Below are positions 9,804-19,782 of a stretch of DNA of 64,000 nucleotides, piece by piece (the stretch's first letter is position 1; each line of letters opens with the position of its first letter). This stretch comes from a virus (taxonomy: Duplodnaviria; Caudoviricetes). Both the position numbers and the translations under genes were made by a program. The notes below the pieces were generated by a model. It searched no databases and was not told where the DNA came from. It saw nothing but the letters and a program-made list of their open reading frames with translations. The DNA is taken from positions 256,001 through 320,000 of IMG/VR virus record IMGVR_UViG_3300037851_000141, one strand, 5' to 3'.

Positions 9804-10415
9804 ATGATCCGGTTTCTTGGCAAGTTACCTCAAGGGAAGATTTATATTGCGTTATCTGGTGGTGCTGATTCAATGGCAGTATTATCATTTCTAAACAACG
9901 GTAATCGTCAAATTGAGTGTCTTTATTTCAATCATGATACTAAACACGGTCAAGATGCCGAATATTTTGTAAAAGGTTATTGTTCAACTCATAATATTGG
10001 TTTACATATTGGTCAGATTACTAAAGATAAAGAAAAAGGTCAGAGTGAGGAAGAGTATTGGCGTTTTCAGAGGTATGATTTCTTTTCTAAGTTTACTGAT
10101 GCTCCTATTGTTATGGCTCATCATTTGAACGACTGTGTTGAGACTTGGATTTTCACGGCATTACATGGTTCACCGCAATTGATTCCTTATATGAACGGCA
10201 ATGTTATTCGGCCATTCTTAATTACGCCAAAGAGTGAATTTTTACGTTGGAATGAACGGCATAATGTTCCATTTATTCAAGACGATAGTAATTTTGATAA
10301 TGTACATATGAGAAATTATATTCGTAACGTGTTGGTGCCAAATAGTTTACATGTTAATCCTGGTCTTGAAACTGTGATTAAGAAAAAGCTATTGTCTCAA
10401 GCCGTTTCTTCTTGA
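9804..10415 (+). CDS. tilS: tRNA(Ile)-lysidine synthetase (catalytic domain only)
   Basis: ALSGGADS PP-loop, HHLNDCVET, IRPFL, DDSNFD...RNYIRNVLVP. Confidence 0.92.
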   Translation: MIRFLGKLPQGKIYIALSGGADSMAVLSFLNNGNRQIECLYFNHDTKHGQDAEYFVKGYCSTHNIGLHIGQITKDKEKGQSEEEYWRFQRYDFFSKFTDAPIVMAHHLNDCVETWIFTALHGSPQLIPYMNGNVIRPFLITPKSEFLRWNERHNVPFIQDDSNFDNVHMRNYIRNVLVPNSLHVNPGLETVIKKKLLSQAVSS

Positions 10416-11233
10416 CTCTTCCCAAAATCTCAATAAAATAAAGCCTCGAAGGAATAAACCATGTCAACCCTAAATATAACTGAGTCTGGATATTATTTTT
10501 GTCTATTTCATGGTCCAAAAATGATTAAATCAATAGCTAATGGTAATTGTTATTGGGAAATTAAATACATTGAAGTTGTGGAGACTGAAAAAATCATTGG
10601 TTCACGTAAATTGAAATCTGGTATTTGGGTAAGTTCGTTTGGATCTGTAAATTGGATGAGATATGAAGCATGTTCTATTATAAGAGTCCAAAAAGTTGAT
10701 TTCCCACCACTTCCAAAGGAATGAACTATGTACGGGTTATTTATTAGTTATTCAGACACCGCACCATATTCATCTGATGACATTCTCGCAACGTTCAATA
10801 GCGAATCTGATGCTGAATTTGTTGTCGAATTACTAAACAACAAATACAAGCAGGAATTCTCAGACAATAGTAAAAGATTTTCATATGAAGAGATTCCATT
10901 TTTTGATGTAGATGAGGAACAAATTGAAAAATTTTGCGATAAGATTATAGATGACCTTAAAAAAAGGAAAAGGTAACTTATGTATTGCCCAAATTGCGGA
11001 CACTCAGTAGAACCAATGACTGGCGGCTGGGGTGATTTTTGTAATCATTGTGGTTGGCGTGGTAGTGAAGCATCAAGATCCCCACGAAGAGACACCAGAA
11101 ATGATCCAAGTCCAGTAAAACCAACAAGTAAGCAATCAAATTATTCTGATGAAGATGATTATTCTGAGCATTGGTAAAAATACTATTGACATCCCAAATA
11201 AACTTGCTAAAATCATCATAAAGGAACCAACAA

Positions 11234-11401
11234 ATGGCCAATCCAGAAATGGACAATTACTGTCATATACCATTAACAGATCAGCAAATAGATAAGTTGA
11301 TTACTGATCTTAAGCGTCAATATGGACCAGATGAATCGTTACCTATAGGTGAGATTGAGGCATTCCTAAAAAATAAATATTGCGGTAAACAAACTAAGTA
11401 A
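11234..11401 (+). CDS. Small hypothetical protein sharing an N-terminal motif with 11410..11805
   Basis: Manual translation MANPEMDNYCHIPLTDQQIDKLITDLKRQYG... Confidence 0.6.
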   Translation: MANPEMDNYCHIPLTDQQIDKLITDLKRQYGPDESLPIGEIEAFLKNKYCGKQTK

Positions 11402-11409
11402 AAAATCAA

Positions 11410-11805
11410 ATGACCGATTCATCCAACAATATACCATTAACGCAGCAGCAGATAGACGACTTAATAGTTGATCTTAAGCGTCGTTATGGTATACAAGATG
11501 ATAAACCAACAAACATATATCGTTATGGTGATCGTTGGTATACTCAATCACCAGAACAAACTATGGCAGAACTAATACAGATGGTTGAAGATAATCAGAT
11601 AAGCAAAGTAAATGCCAGGAAACATCTGAAAAGTTTAATTGACCAAACGTATGTCATATCTGATGCTGATGTAGCCAAGATGGACATCCATAGTATTACG
11701 TTTAAGTTTTACGAGTTTCCAAAGGGGTTTAAGTTCTCCGATCCACCATTTAAGTTTGTTGACAGCAATACTATTATCTATACCATACCAGAGGAACTAA
11801 AATGA
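11410..11805 (+). CDS. Hypothetical protein
   Basis: IPLTQQQIDDLIVDLKRRYG motif shared with the upstream ORF. Confidence 0.65.
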   Translation: MTDSSNNIPLTQQQIDDLIVDLKRRYGIQDDKPTNIYRYGDRWYTQSPEQTMAELIQMVEDNQISKVNARKHLKSLIDQTYVISDADVAKMDIHSITFKFYEFPKGFKFSDPPFKFVDSNTIIYTIPEELK

Positions 11806-12179
11806 ATAACGAAGAAATATTTGAGCGATTAAACTCCAAGATGAATATTATTATTGTTATCTTATTGTTCATATGTTTAATCATAACAAATAAATATAAC
11901 GAACTTGAAATTTCCAAGAAATTAGATAAAATCATACAACATCAAGAAAAGAAAGTTGAAAAATGAAAAGAGCAAAGAAAGATTATCTAAAATCATTCAA
12001 GGTTAGCGGATTTAAGTGGGATATTGATCCAGTTTCATTATATAAATCCTGCGAAGATGAAACTGGCAATATTGAAATATCTAAAAAAGACTTAAAAAAG
12101 ATATTTGATGTTGCTATATTACGAGATTGTATTTCCAAAAGAATCATTGAAGACCTTAAACGTCAGATAGGCTATTGAT

Positions 12180-12776
12180 ATGAAATTCAAGTTTTTTGCT
12201 ATTGACCAACCACTGTATGATGCTTGGCGAAAATATTTAGGAGATTTAGATTTCATTTCAGTTCATTACGAGAATATATTTAATCAACAGACGGATTGTG
12301 TAGTTTCGCCGGCCAACAGTTTTGGATATATGGATGGTGGAATAGACGCATTATATACAAGATATTTTGGTCCTAAACTCCAGCAAAGACTTCAGCAAAC
12401 AATACAATGTAGTTTTCGTGGTGAATTATTAGTTGGTCAATCGATACTTTTAGAAACTGGCCACGAAAAAATACCTTACATGATATCGTCACCAACAATG
12501 AGATTACCAACTAAATTGCCAAAAAATACTGAAAATCCTTATTTGGCTATGCGAGCAACATTAATAAAATTGCTACAGAATCCAGATAAAAATATATCAA
12601 CGGTTAGTATTCCTGGTTTTGGTACTGGTGTCGGTGGTGTTGACCCTGTATTATGCGCTGCCCAGGTTCGTAGAGCAATTGATGATATATGGTTAGATAA
12701 GTTTACGTTTCCTACGAATTTTAATGATGCTGTATTACCATTTACGAATAGAATACCGGGAGATTATAATGACTGA
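12180..12776 (+). CDS. Macrodomain (Appr-1-p processing / ADP-ribose hydrolase family)
   Basis: VVSPANSFGYMDGGIDAL, SSPTM, IPGFGTGVGG. Confidence 0.9.
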   Translation: MKFKFFAIDQPLYDAWRKYLGDLDFISVHYENIFNQQTDCVVSPANSFGYMDGGIDALYTRYFGPKLQQRLQQTIQCSFRGELLVGQSILLETGHEKIPYMISSPTMRLPTKLPKNTENPYLAMRATLIKLLQNPDKNISTVSIPGFGTGVGGVDPVLCAAQVRRAIDDIWLDKFTFPTNFNDAVLPFTNRIPGDYND

Positions 12777-13901
12777 ATATACATCATCCCCCACAGATTT
12801 AACAGTTCAAAGCACCAAACAGGTTATTATTGAGGATTATTACGGGATGTCAAATTTTCCCATTAAAGCGACGTTTGATTTTTCTCAAGTACCAAATGAA
12901 TTACACGAAGCATTTTTGAACAGAATCTTAAACGAACATAAGGATAGGACAGCACCAATAGTATCAAATCCTGGACTATTAGGAAGAATATTTGGAAGGA
13001 AGAAATCATGAGTACCTTTATTTTTGTCATTGCTTATTTCGCAGCCATAATGTCATCTCTTTTACTTATTCTTAGGATTTTAGGATTTTTGACATATAGT
13101 AAACGTGATAGGTTGTTAGATCAGATAAAAGGTATAAGATCAACATTCCCGGTATTTTGGCCGTTTGTAATATCTTTTGTTGCTTGGACTTACATCATTA
13201 TCAGATCTTATTGATTGGAGGATAACATGAAACAAATATCAGACAAACTTTACGAACAATTAGTTGATTTGTTATACAGTTTAGAGGGATGTAAAAATCG
13301 TCGTGACTTAGATTGTATTGAAGAAGCTTCGGCATATCAATATCAACAGTCTGAGTATCCCCTTTGTTTTGGTTGTAAATGTCGTTTAATGCGAGAAGAA
13401 TTACAGTTATTGAAATAAATCATATGAAAACTCGCAAGCATCATAATAATAAAGGTTTACAGCAGATTAAAACCGGAAGTGTTAAAAGAGAAATAATAAG
13501 AATTGCTAAAAAATATAAAATCCCTTATGGTCGTAGAAAAAAGTAGTTGATTGTTGTCAAACCCCGAGTATAATCATTGCCTAAGAAATAAAGGAGTAAG
13601 TTATGTTGTCGGTTAAGAATATAAAGTATGCTGACTTTTTCTTTATAGTTTGTATTTGGATTAATATAGGTGTTATGTGTTATTTAGCTTTCACAAATAC
13701 TATTAAACATAATCAAAAGAATACAAAAGAAATCAAGCCTGACCTTATAGGTAAAGAGATAACAGTTTGCGGGAAACGGGGTGTTATAACAAGTACTATG
13801 GACGATGAGGTACGCATATTTTTCATAGATACAGAAACTAAAGTATGGTTGCCATTAAAAGTATGTAAATTCCAAGATAACCAAGTAGAAAAGGATACCA
13901 A

Positions 13902-14354
13902 ATGAACATCGAAGAAATCATCCACCAAATGTATAAAGATCACAATGAATTGATGTCTTTGGCTAAAGCTGAATTTGAGCCATTACGTAAATTTATAAAC
14001 ACTACCAAAATAACATCAGTTCGTGGTAAAGGATTGTTTGGATTTATATTCCAAGAGAAAAAAGTTGAAACAGTACCATTACAAATAGAATATTCATATC
14101 AGTTAGGTCAAGAAGATTCTTTTGTTAAAGTGCGAGTCATTATTCGAGAATCATCGGTTTGTATGTACGAGAATTGTGTCAGATTTGAGGTTTTTACTTT
14201 GAAAGATTTTACATACAACGAAAAGAACCTGAAAATGTTTGTAGAAAATATACTTAGGTTAGTTAACGAGCGAGAACTAACTGAATATGGTAAAGCTATT
14301 TTTGATAGTGCTAAATCACAACTTAAAGAAATTCCAAGAGAGGTTGAGTCGTGA
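13902..14354 (+). CDS. Hypothetical protein
   Basis: 150-aa ORF in a coupled run. Confidence 0.65.
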   Translation: MNIEEIIHQMYKDHNELMSLAKAEFEPLRKFINTTKITSVRGKGLFGFIFQEKKVETVPLQIEYSYQLGQEDSFVKVRVIIRESSVCMYENCVRFEVFTLKDFTYNEKNLKMFVENILRLVNERELTEYGKAIFDSAKSQLKEIPREVES

Positions 14355-15616
14355 TTGAAACTATGTCATATTGGAATATTATGAAACGTGGCAACTTCCG
14401 ATTCTATTGGTTTCCTGGTGTGATTCCTGGCATCTATCGGGATTATTATGACGGTTGGATGTTGGCGATTAACTTTGGAATATTTAGTTTAGAATGGACC
14501 GGAGCATGAAACTATCTCTTTATGACAGATTCTTAAAGTTATTTGGAGTAAACATTACCTATGAGTGGTGTGTTGTCGGTTGCCTAATTGGTCGTCATAG
14601 TTGGGATTACCGTTTAGAAAAATGCCGGAATGGAACTCCTGTTATTTCTGGTGGATTTCTAAACGTTATAAAAGTCCAAACAGAAGAACATGCTAAAGAG
14701 ATTTATGACGAGTTTACTGAAAAGGCTGAAAAATATAACAAAGAACAAGGATATGCGCCATGAAAAATAAACAATCGCGCCTTGTTGGAAGTATTCTCTG
14801 GTCAGAAGCAAGACCGTTTTTCTATGGCATTTATACTGGAATTACGATTGACGGAGAAAAATGTAAAATTGATTATGATTATAAGGTAAAAGCGTATACT
14901 AAATCTGGTCAAATTGGTACTGATAAGATATTATGTTGGCATTTCCGAGTTAAACATTTTGAAGCCATGTATAACGAACTTGATTTACCTTCATAACAAA
15001 TAAAAAGGAAACAAAATGAGCCAAGACCTCCAAAAATTAGCCACAATCTCCTATGTCACCGACTGCGATACCGAATTATATGTTTGTGGTGAGATGACAG
15101 GTGGATTTGATGAAGAAGAACTTAAAAAATATTTAGAACGATACGAGAAGACAGGATTAGAAGATATACTATTACAACTATCCTTTATGACTCATCACGC
15201 AATAATGGCTTGGCGAAAAATACAAGACGATAAAAATATAGGAGCAACGTGTGAACAACCAACGAATTGAACTTATCATAGCCAAACTTCAACTCATGCT
15301 GACTAAACAGAATTCAACATGGGCAGATTACGATTATATTATCCAACTACTACATCAAGACCACCGAGAAACCAGCAAGGATAAGATAATTGAAAATAAT
15401 AAGTTAATTTCTGATGGACATTATACAGATTTTTGTTATCCTAAATGCGGAAGCTACATGTTTGGTTCATCATTAACTAAAGATGGTTGGATACGTCATT
15501 GTCATGGAAACGAAAAATGGAAATGTGATTACTCTGCTCCCGAATACGAAGACCACAAACACTTTAAGAAATTTGTAAAAAAAACGAAGAATTTATTGCT
15601 GATGAAATGGTGAGCG

Positions 15617-15898
15617 ATGAGAATAATCAACAGCCGTAATCTTCCACTTAACTTCGGTAAACATCGGGACTTATCTCTAAAACAAATAGCAGATAGGTTT
15701 CCAGGATATTTCTGTTGGCTAAAACGAGATAAAGTTATTAAAATGCGAACCAAAAAAGATCAAAATTGGTTCAATCAAAGGGCAAATACCTTAAATAAAC
15801 GGACCACACTTATTAGAACAATCTTGTATGATGCTCAAGATGATTCAATAGCAGATTATTTACAAGAAACCGCCTACAACGAACATTGGGGATATTAA
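15617..15898 (+). CDS. Small protein with an FGKH...PxY..WL motif (exonuclease X C-terminal / DUF3820-like)
   Basis: LNFGKHRDLSLKQIADRFPGYFCWL. Confidence 0.55.
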   Translation: MRIINSRNLPLNFGKHRDLSLKQIADRFPGYFCWLKRDKVIKMRTKKDQNWFNQRANTLNKRTTLIRTILYDAQDDSIADYLQETAYNEHWGY

Positions 15899-15899
15899 G

Positions 15900-16448
15900 A
15901 TGAGATTTATATACGCCCAAAATCCACTTAATACCGAAATCTATCTTGACGAAACAGATATCAAAATCGCTCGACTAAAGATAGAAATAGCCGACTTGGA
16001 AGATTCTATTTTCTCAGCACAATTTCATCTTGATCAACCACAATTCCGCGATCAAGAAAAAGCAAACTGGCATATAACACAACCAAAGTTATATACCGAA
16101 GAACGAGAAAAAATGTTAGATGATAGGACTAAAGAACACCTAAAATCTCTCATTGAACCTCATGTTGGTGATTGTATTTGTTTACCGTGTACCTGCGAAA
16201 AATGTTATATATCAGATATGCTTGACATTGACGAACTTGGATTCAAATCAAAAGGGTTTAACAAGCATATAGGTTATCTTATTCATCGAACCTTCCAAAA
16301 TGCAGCTACTTGTTCTGAGGCAATTGAATACTTAAGTAAAAATCCTCCAAATGAAAACTGGAGCAAAAACTATCATGACAATTATCAAAAAGCACTTGAC
16401 TATCTCAAAGAACATGATAAACTGTTAAGCATATGTAAAGGGGCCTAA
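15900..16448 (+). CDS. Hypothetical protein with a Cys cluster
   Basis: CICLPCTCEKC. Confidence 0.65.
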   Translation: MRFIYAQNPLNTEIYLDETDIKIARLKIEIADLEDSIFSAQFHLDQPQFRDQEKANWHITQPKLYTEEREKMLDDRTKEHLKSLIEPHVGDCICLPCTCEKCYISDMLDIDELGFKSKGFNKHIGYLIHRTFQNAATCSEAIEYLSKNPPNENWSKNYHDNYQKALDYLKEHDKLLSICKGA

Positions 16449-16449
16449 C

Positions 16450-17061
16450 ATGAGCGACCTGGATTTAACTTGCGATGTTAGTAAATCTTCGTTTGGTACA
16501 ACTAATTTTATAAAATATGAGATTAGAACCAATTTTCATGATGCGTTCCCTGCGATTATAATTACATATAGGTCAAACCGCGATGATGCCGCTATTCCTG
16601 AACTTGATTTATCATTTAGTAGTGGTGGAATTGAAACTCCTGAAAACTTATATCAATGGTCTGAATTCACTCAACAAATGTCTGATGCTTGGTCACTCGC
16701 AACTAAAATAATAGAACACCATAAAATAAATACAAAACCATATATTGAACCAGAAGAAAAATTAGACCCAGCTATAAAAAAACTCCCGCTGAAATACAAG
16801 AAAAAGTTTAGTTTATCATATGACCATCAAGCGCGAACATTAGATCCAGTTAATGGGTATATTCGGAAAACTGGCTGGACTATTGTTGGTAAAATTCATG
16901 AAGATTACTACGAATGGATAAATGACTTTGAAGCATTCCACCCAAAATATGGAAGAGTAAAAGGAAACTTCGAATCATTAGTAGAAGCATCATCGAAGAA
17001 AGCATATGATCGGTTTGTCAAAGACCATCCATTTCACGAATGGGACTACTACGATATATGA
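16450..17061 (+). CDS. Hypothetical protein
   Basis: 203-aa ORF in operon context. Confidence 0.65.
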   Translation: MSDLDLTCDVSKSSFGTTNFIKYEIRTNFHDAFPAIIITYRSNRDDAAIPELDLSFSSGGIETPENLYQWSEFTQQMSDAWSLATKIIEHHKINTKPYIEPEEKLDPAIKKLPLKYKKKFSLSYDHQARTLDPVNGYIRKTGWTIVGKIHEDYYEWINDFEAFHPKYGRVKGNFESLVEASSKKAYDRFVKDHPFHEWDYYDI

Positions 17062-17411
17062 AACATCAAAAAACTCCAAATGATACCAAGTTTCTAAAAG
17101 ATTTTGATTCTTGGATTAAAAAGAAGATGCGTAGAAACATTGATCCATATAATCTTGCTCTGGATGCCGTTTCTTGGGCTAAAAATTATCTCAATGCTGG
17201 TACGTGGATTAATGTAAAAGATGATTTGCCTAAAGTTGGAACCTGTGATGGAATATACGATCACGTTCCAGTATTTGCCTATAACGGCTCAAAAGTCATA
17301 CCTTGTTATTTTACTATTTACGACGAAGGTATTATGTTTATGACCGATGAAGGACTTAGAATAACGAACGTCACTCACTGGATGGCTGCCCCTAACTCAC
17401 CAAAGGAATAA
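17040..17411 (+). CDS. DUF551-like phage protein
   Basis: WINVKDDLP ... VTHWMAAP. Confidence 0.75.
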   Translation: MGLLRYMKHQKTPNDTKFLKDFDSWIKKKMRRNIDPYNLALDAVSWAKNYLNAGTWINVKDDLPKVGTCDGIYDHVPVFAYNGSKVIPCYFTIYDEGIMFMTDEGLRITNVTHWMAAPNSPKE

Positions 17412-17412
17412 C

Positions 17413-18093
17413 ATGAAAAAACTTAATGAAGACTGGTTTGACAATACAATGAAAGATTCTATATCACAACTATCAAAAGATGTAAAAGCAAATCTTAGTA
17501 GTCTGAAAATCTTAGAATACTACCCATACGGACCAAAAAAGACATATGCCTCTTGGTTACGTTGCTCTGAAGATTTGAGTCAAGAATATATTGTACATGA
17601 CCGATATTCTAAGATGACAGAAATGGAATTGGTTGTTGATATAATGTCTGAAGTGTCCAAAGCAATGTACTATACTATCATTGACAGACCTGGATTCAGT
17701 AAATACCAGACTATTCAAGCGTTTGGTATGAGTCAGATATTTAGTCGTGGAATAATTGATTGGAATAAAGAAATAACAAAAGGAAAAACTGAAGCCGAAA
17801 TAATTGCTTTGGAAACGAAACATGAGAAACTGTTGCGCCGAGTTCATAGTGATTATAATGAAATACAATTTAAGCGATCATTAAAGCATTATCCAGTAAA
17901 TGAAAGAAAAGCGTTAATTGAAGAACATGAGAAGGAAGAACAAAAACATAAGGAAGCCAATCGAAAAAAGTATGGGATATATGAAGTTAAAGTCCTACCT
18001 CTTATGGGTGAAACTGGTAAGCCACTCTATACGAAACAACAACTCGCGGCCATAAATTTCATCGTAGGCATGTCTTTTGAGAATATGTGCTGA
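17413..18093 (+). CDS. Hypothetical protein
   Basis: 226-aa ORF in operon context. Confidence 0.65.
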   Translation: MKKLNEDWFDNTMKDSISQLSKDVKANLSSLKILEYYPYGPKKTYASWLRCSEDLSQEYIVHDRYSKMTEMELVVDIMSEVSKAMYYTIIDRPGFSKYQTIQAFGMSQIFSRGIIDWNKEITKGKTEAEIIALETKHEKLLRRVHSDYNEIQFKRSLKHYPVNERKALIEEHEKEEQKHKEANRKKYGIYEVKVLPLMGETGKPLYTKQQLAAINFIVGMSFENMC

Positions 18094-18577
18094 TATGGAC
18101 CGAGATGACCCCGAATTAGTTAAGTATGCCGTAAACTATGTGACCTCCCACTGTACTTGCGAAATTGAAGTCGGTATGGGATCACTCTGTCCATTTTGCC
18201 GCTCACAAATAAAATCAAGAGAACCCGAAGTTGAACCACCTAAAAGTAAATCAGTTCCAGCTATCCAGAATATAGAAATAGTAGAAGAAGTTATAAGCCT
18301 TGTCAATGAAGTTAAATCAGGGCAAGATGTTATTTGCTTGAATTGCCACAAAGATTCATTTAAGTTCCGAACAGGTAAATATGGTGATTTTGTATATTGT
18401 CCAACCTGTAAATGTACTATGTCAGGATCATCTGCTTTGAGAAAACTAAAAAATGATCTTTTCGGTACAACCCAACCATCAAGAATAAACTATGGTTGCG
18501 ATACTGGTGGATTCCTTACTCCAGATTTAGATGATGCTGACCCGACAGATTCTCACCATTTGATGTATGGCTCTTAA
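18077..18577 (+). CDS. Zinc-ribbon protein
   Basis: CTC...CPFC and CLNC...GKYGDFVYCPTC (topoisomerase C4-like). Confidence 0.6.
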   Translation: MRICADMDRDDPELVKYAVNYVTSHCTCEIEVGMGSLCPFCRSQIKSREPEVEPPKSKSVPAIQNIEIVEEVISLVNEVKSGQDVICLNCHKDSFKFRTGKYGDFVYCPTCKCTMSGSSALRKLKNDLFGTTQPSRINYGCDTGGFLTPDLDDADPTDSHHLMYGS

Positions 18578-18851
18578 GAAAGGAATAACATGTTTCACGA
18601 AGATTATGTAAAGAACGTTAAACATATTCTTGAACTCATGAATAAATACGAACCTTATCCAAATGACAAATCTAAAATCTTATCTCAAATAAATAGACTC
18701 GTACAAACTGAAATCCATAAAGTCCATGATGAAATAGAATCCGCTATAAAGGAATTGGAAGGCTAAACATGATTAACCTTCGCTATCTCATCAAACGCAC
18801 AAAATCAATAGAAAAAATAGCACTATATCCAGGTAGAAAAAATAGAAAAGA

Positions 18852-19505
18852 TTATAATCCAGGAGCCGCGTCTGATTTACGGTCATCATAAGGCATAGTG
18901 TAATCTGGACGACTCATTCTATCTCTTTGACCGTCTTCATCATCAGAATCATTCCAACCATTTTCATACGCCCAAGCAAGTATCGGTTCTTTTGGTTTAG
19001 GCCAAGTTTCGCTTGTTCTACGTCTTCCATCAATATAAGCTTTTATTAGTTTATATAATAGAGAATCTTCTGGTATTTTCTTTTCGAAGAAATCTCCAAG
19101 TTGATTATCAGATGGACGGAATTGTTTAGCTTGTGCGTAGAATTTCTTTTCGGTTTCAGATCCAGCACCTAATTGTGGAAGGTTGAGTGCTTCTGTCATG
19201 GCTGCTATTTCTTCTGGAGTTACATCAATCTTTTCATATGAGGCGTCAGGTAAGTTTTCGACCTTACCAAAATCATTAAGGGATTGAATGTATCCTTTAT
19301 CATACGCCATACGTTCTTTTTCATTAGCAGGAGGCATATAGTTTGGATAATCCTGTTGACCCTTTTCTTCCCAATTAGTTTTTGCTGTTGGTTGAATCTG
19401 TTTACGGTGTCTGACTGCTGCTCTTGTTAATCTTCCTTCGCCCATTATAGATTCGTTTAGTTGTTGCCAAGTCTTTTTTAGGTCTTTATATAGTTTGTCG
19501 TCCAT
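18852..19505 (-). CDS. Late-promoter protein, candidate internal virion protein
   Basis: TATAAATA at 19526-19533, AAAGGA RBS, N-terminus MDDKLYKDLKKTWQQLNE; start moved from 19526 to 19505. Confidence 0.65.
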   Translation of the reverse strand: MDDKLYKDLKKTWQQLNESIMGEGRLTRAAVRHRKQIQPTAKTNWEEKGQQDYPNYMPPANEKERMAYDKGYIQSLNDFGKVENLPDASYEKIDVTPEEIAAMTEALNLPQLGAGSETEKKFYAQAKQFRPSDNQLGDFFEKKIPEDSLLYKLIKAYIDGRRRTSETWPKPKEPILAWAYENGWNDSDDEDGQRDRMSRPDYTMPYDDRKSDAAPGL

Positions 19506-19525
19506 TTGAGTTATTCCTTTAGACA

Positions 19526-19533
19526 TATTTATA
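19526..19533 (-). promoter_or_regulatory. T4-type late promoter TATAAATA
   Basis: Exact octamer upstream of 18852..19505. Confidence 0.6.
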
Positions 19534-19545
19534 TGATTTTTGTTC

Positions 19546-19573
19546 TTGACTCTACATAAATAGCTGATAGAAT
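19546..19573 (+). promoter_or_regulatory. Promoter of the interrupted tRNA
   Basis: TTGACT-N16-TAGAAT, 20 nt upstream of the tRNA. Confidence 0.75.
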
Positions 19574-19592
19574 ATGCGCGTTGAAAAGATAT

Positions 19593-19713
19593 ACCCGTGT
19601 AGCTCAGATGGCAGAGCGAGAGCCTTCTGCGGAGATTATAGGAATATATTGGGTTCGAATCCCAATCTCTGCTCCAAAGCTCTAGGTCGGAGGTTCAAGT
19701 CCTCTCACGGGCG
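19593..19713 (+). tRNA. Interrupted tRNA, most simply Arg(UCU) (alternative register Trp(CCA)), with a 48-nt insert in the anticodon loop
   Basis: ACCCGTG/CACGGGC acceptor, GCTC/GAGC D stem, AGAGC/GCTCT anticodon stem, GGAGG-TTCAAGT-CCTCT T arm. Deleting 19629-19676 gives the loop CT-TCT-AA. Confidence 0.85.
19629..19676 (+). ncRNA. tRNA-Gly-like minihelix nested in the anticodon loop
   Basis: GCGGAGA / T-TATA-GGAA-TATA / TTGGG-TTCGAAT-CCCAA / TCTCTGC-T-CCA. Confidence 0.8.
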
Positions 19714-19719
19714 CTAACA

Positions 19720-19756
19720 AATAAACCCATCAGCATAACAACTGGTGGGTTTATTT
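19720..19756 (+). terminator. Intrinsic terminator after the interrupted tRNA
   Basis: AATAAACCCATCAG...CTGGTGGGTTTATTT. Confidence 0.75.
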
Positions 19757-19769
19757 GTTATCAGAAACA

Positions 19770-19777
19770 TATAAATA
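19770..19777 (+). promoter_or_regulatory. T4-type late promoter TATAAATA
   Basis: Exact octamer 5 nt before ATG 19783. Confidence 0.6.
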
Positions 19778-19782
19778 TCCAT

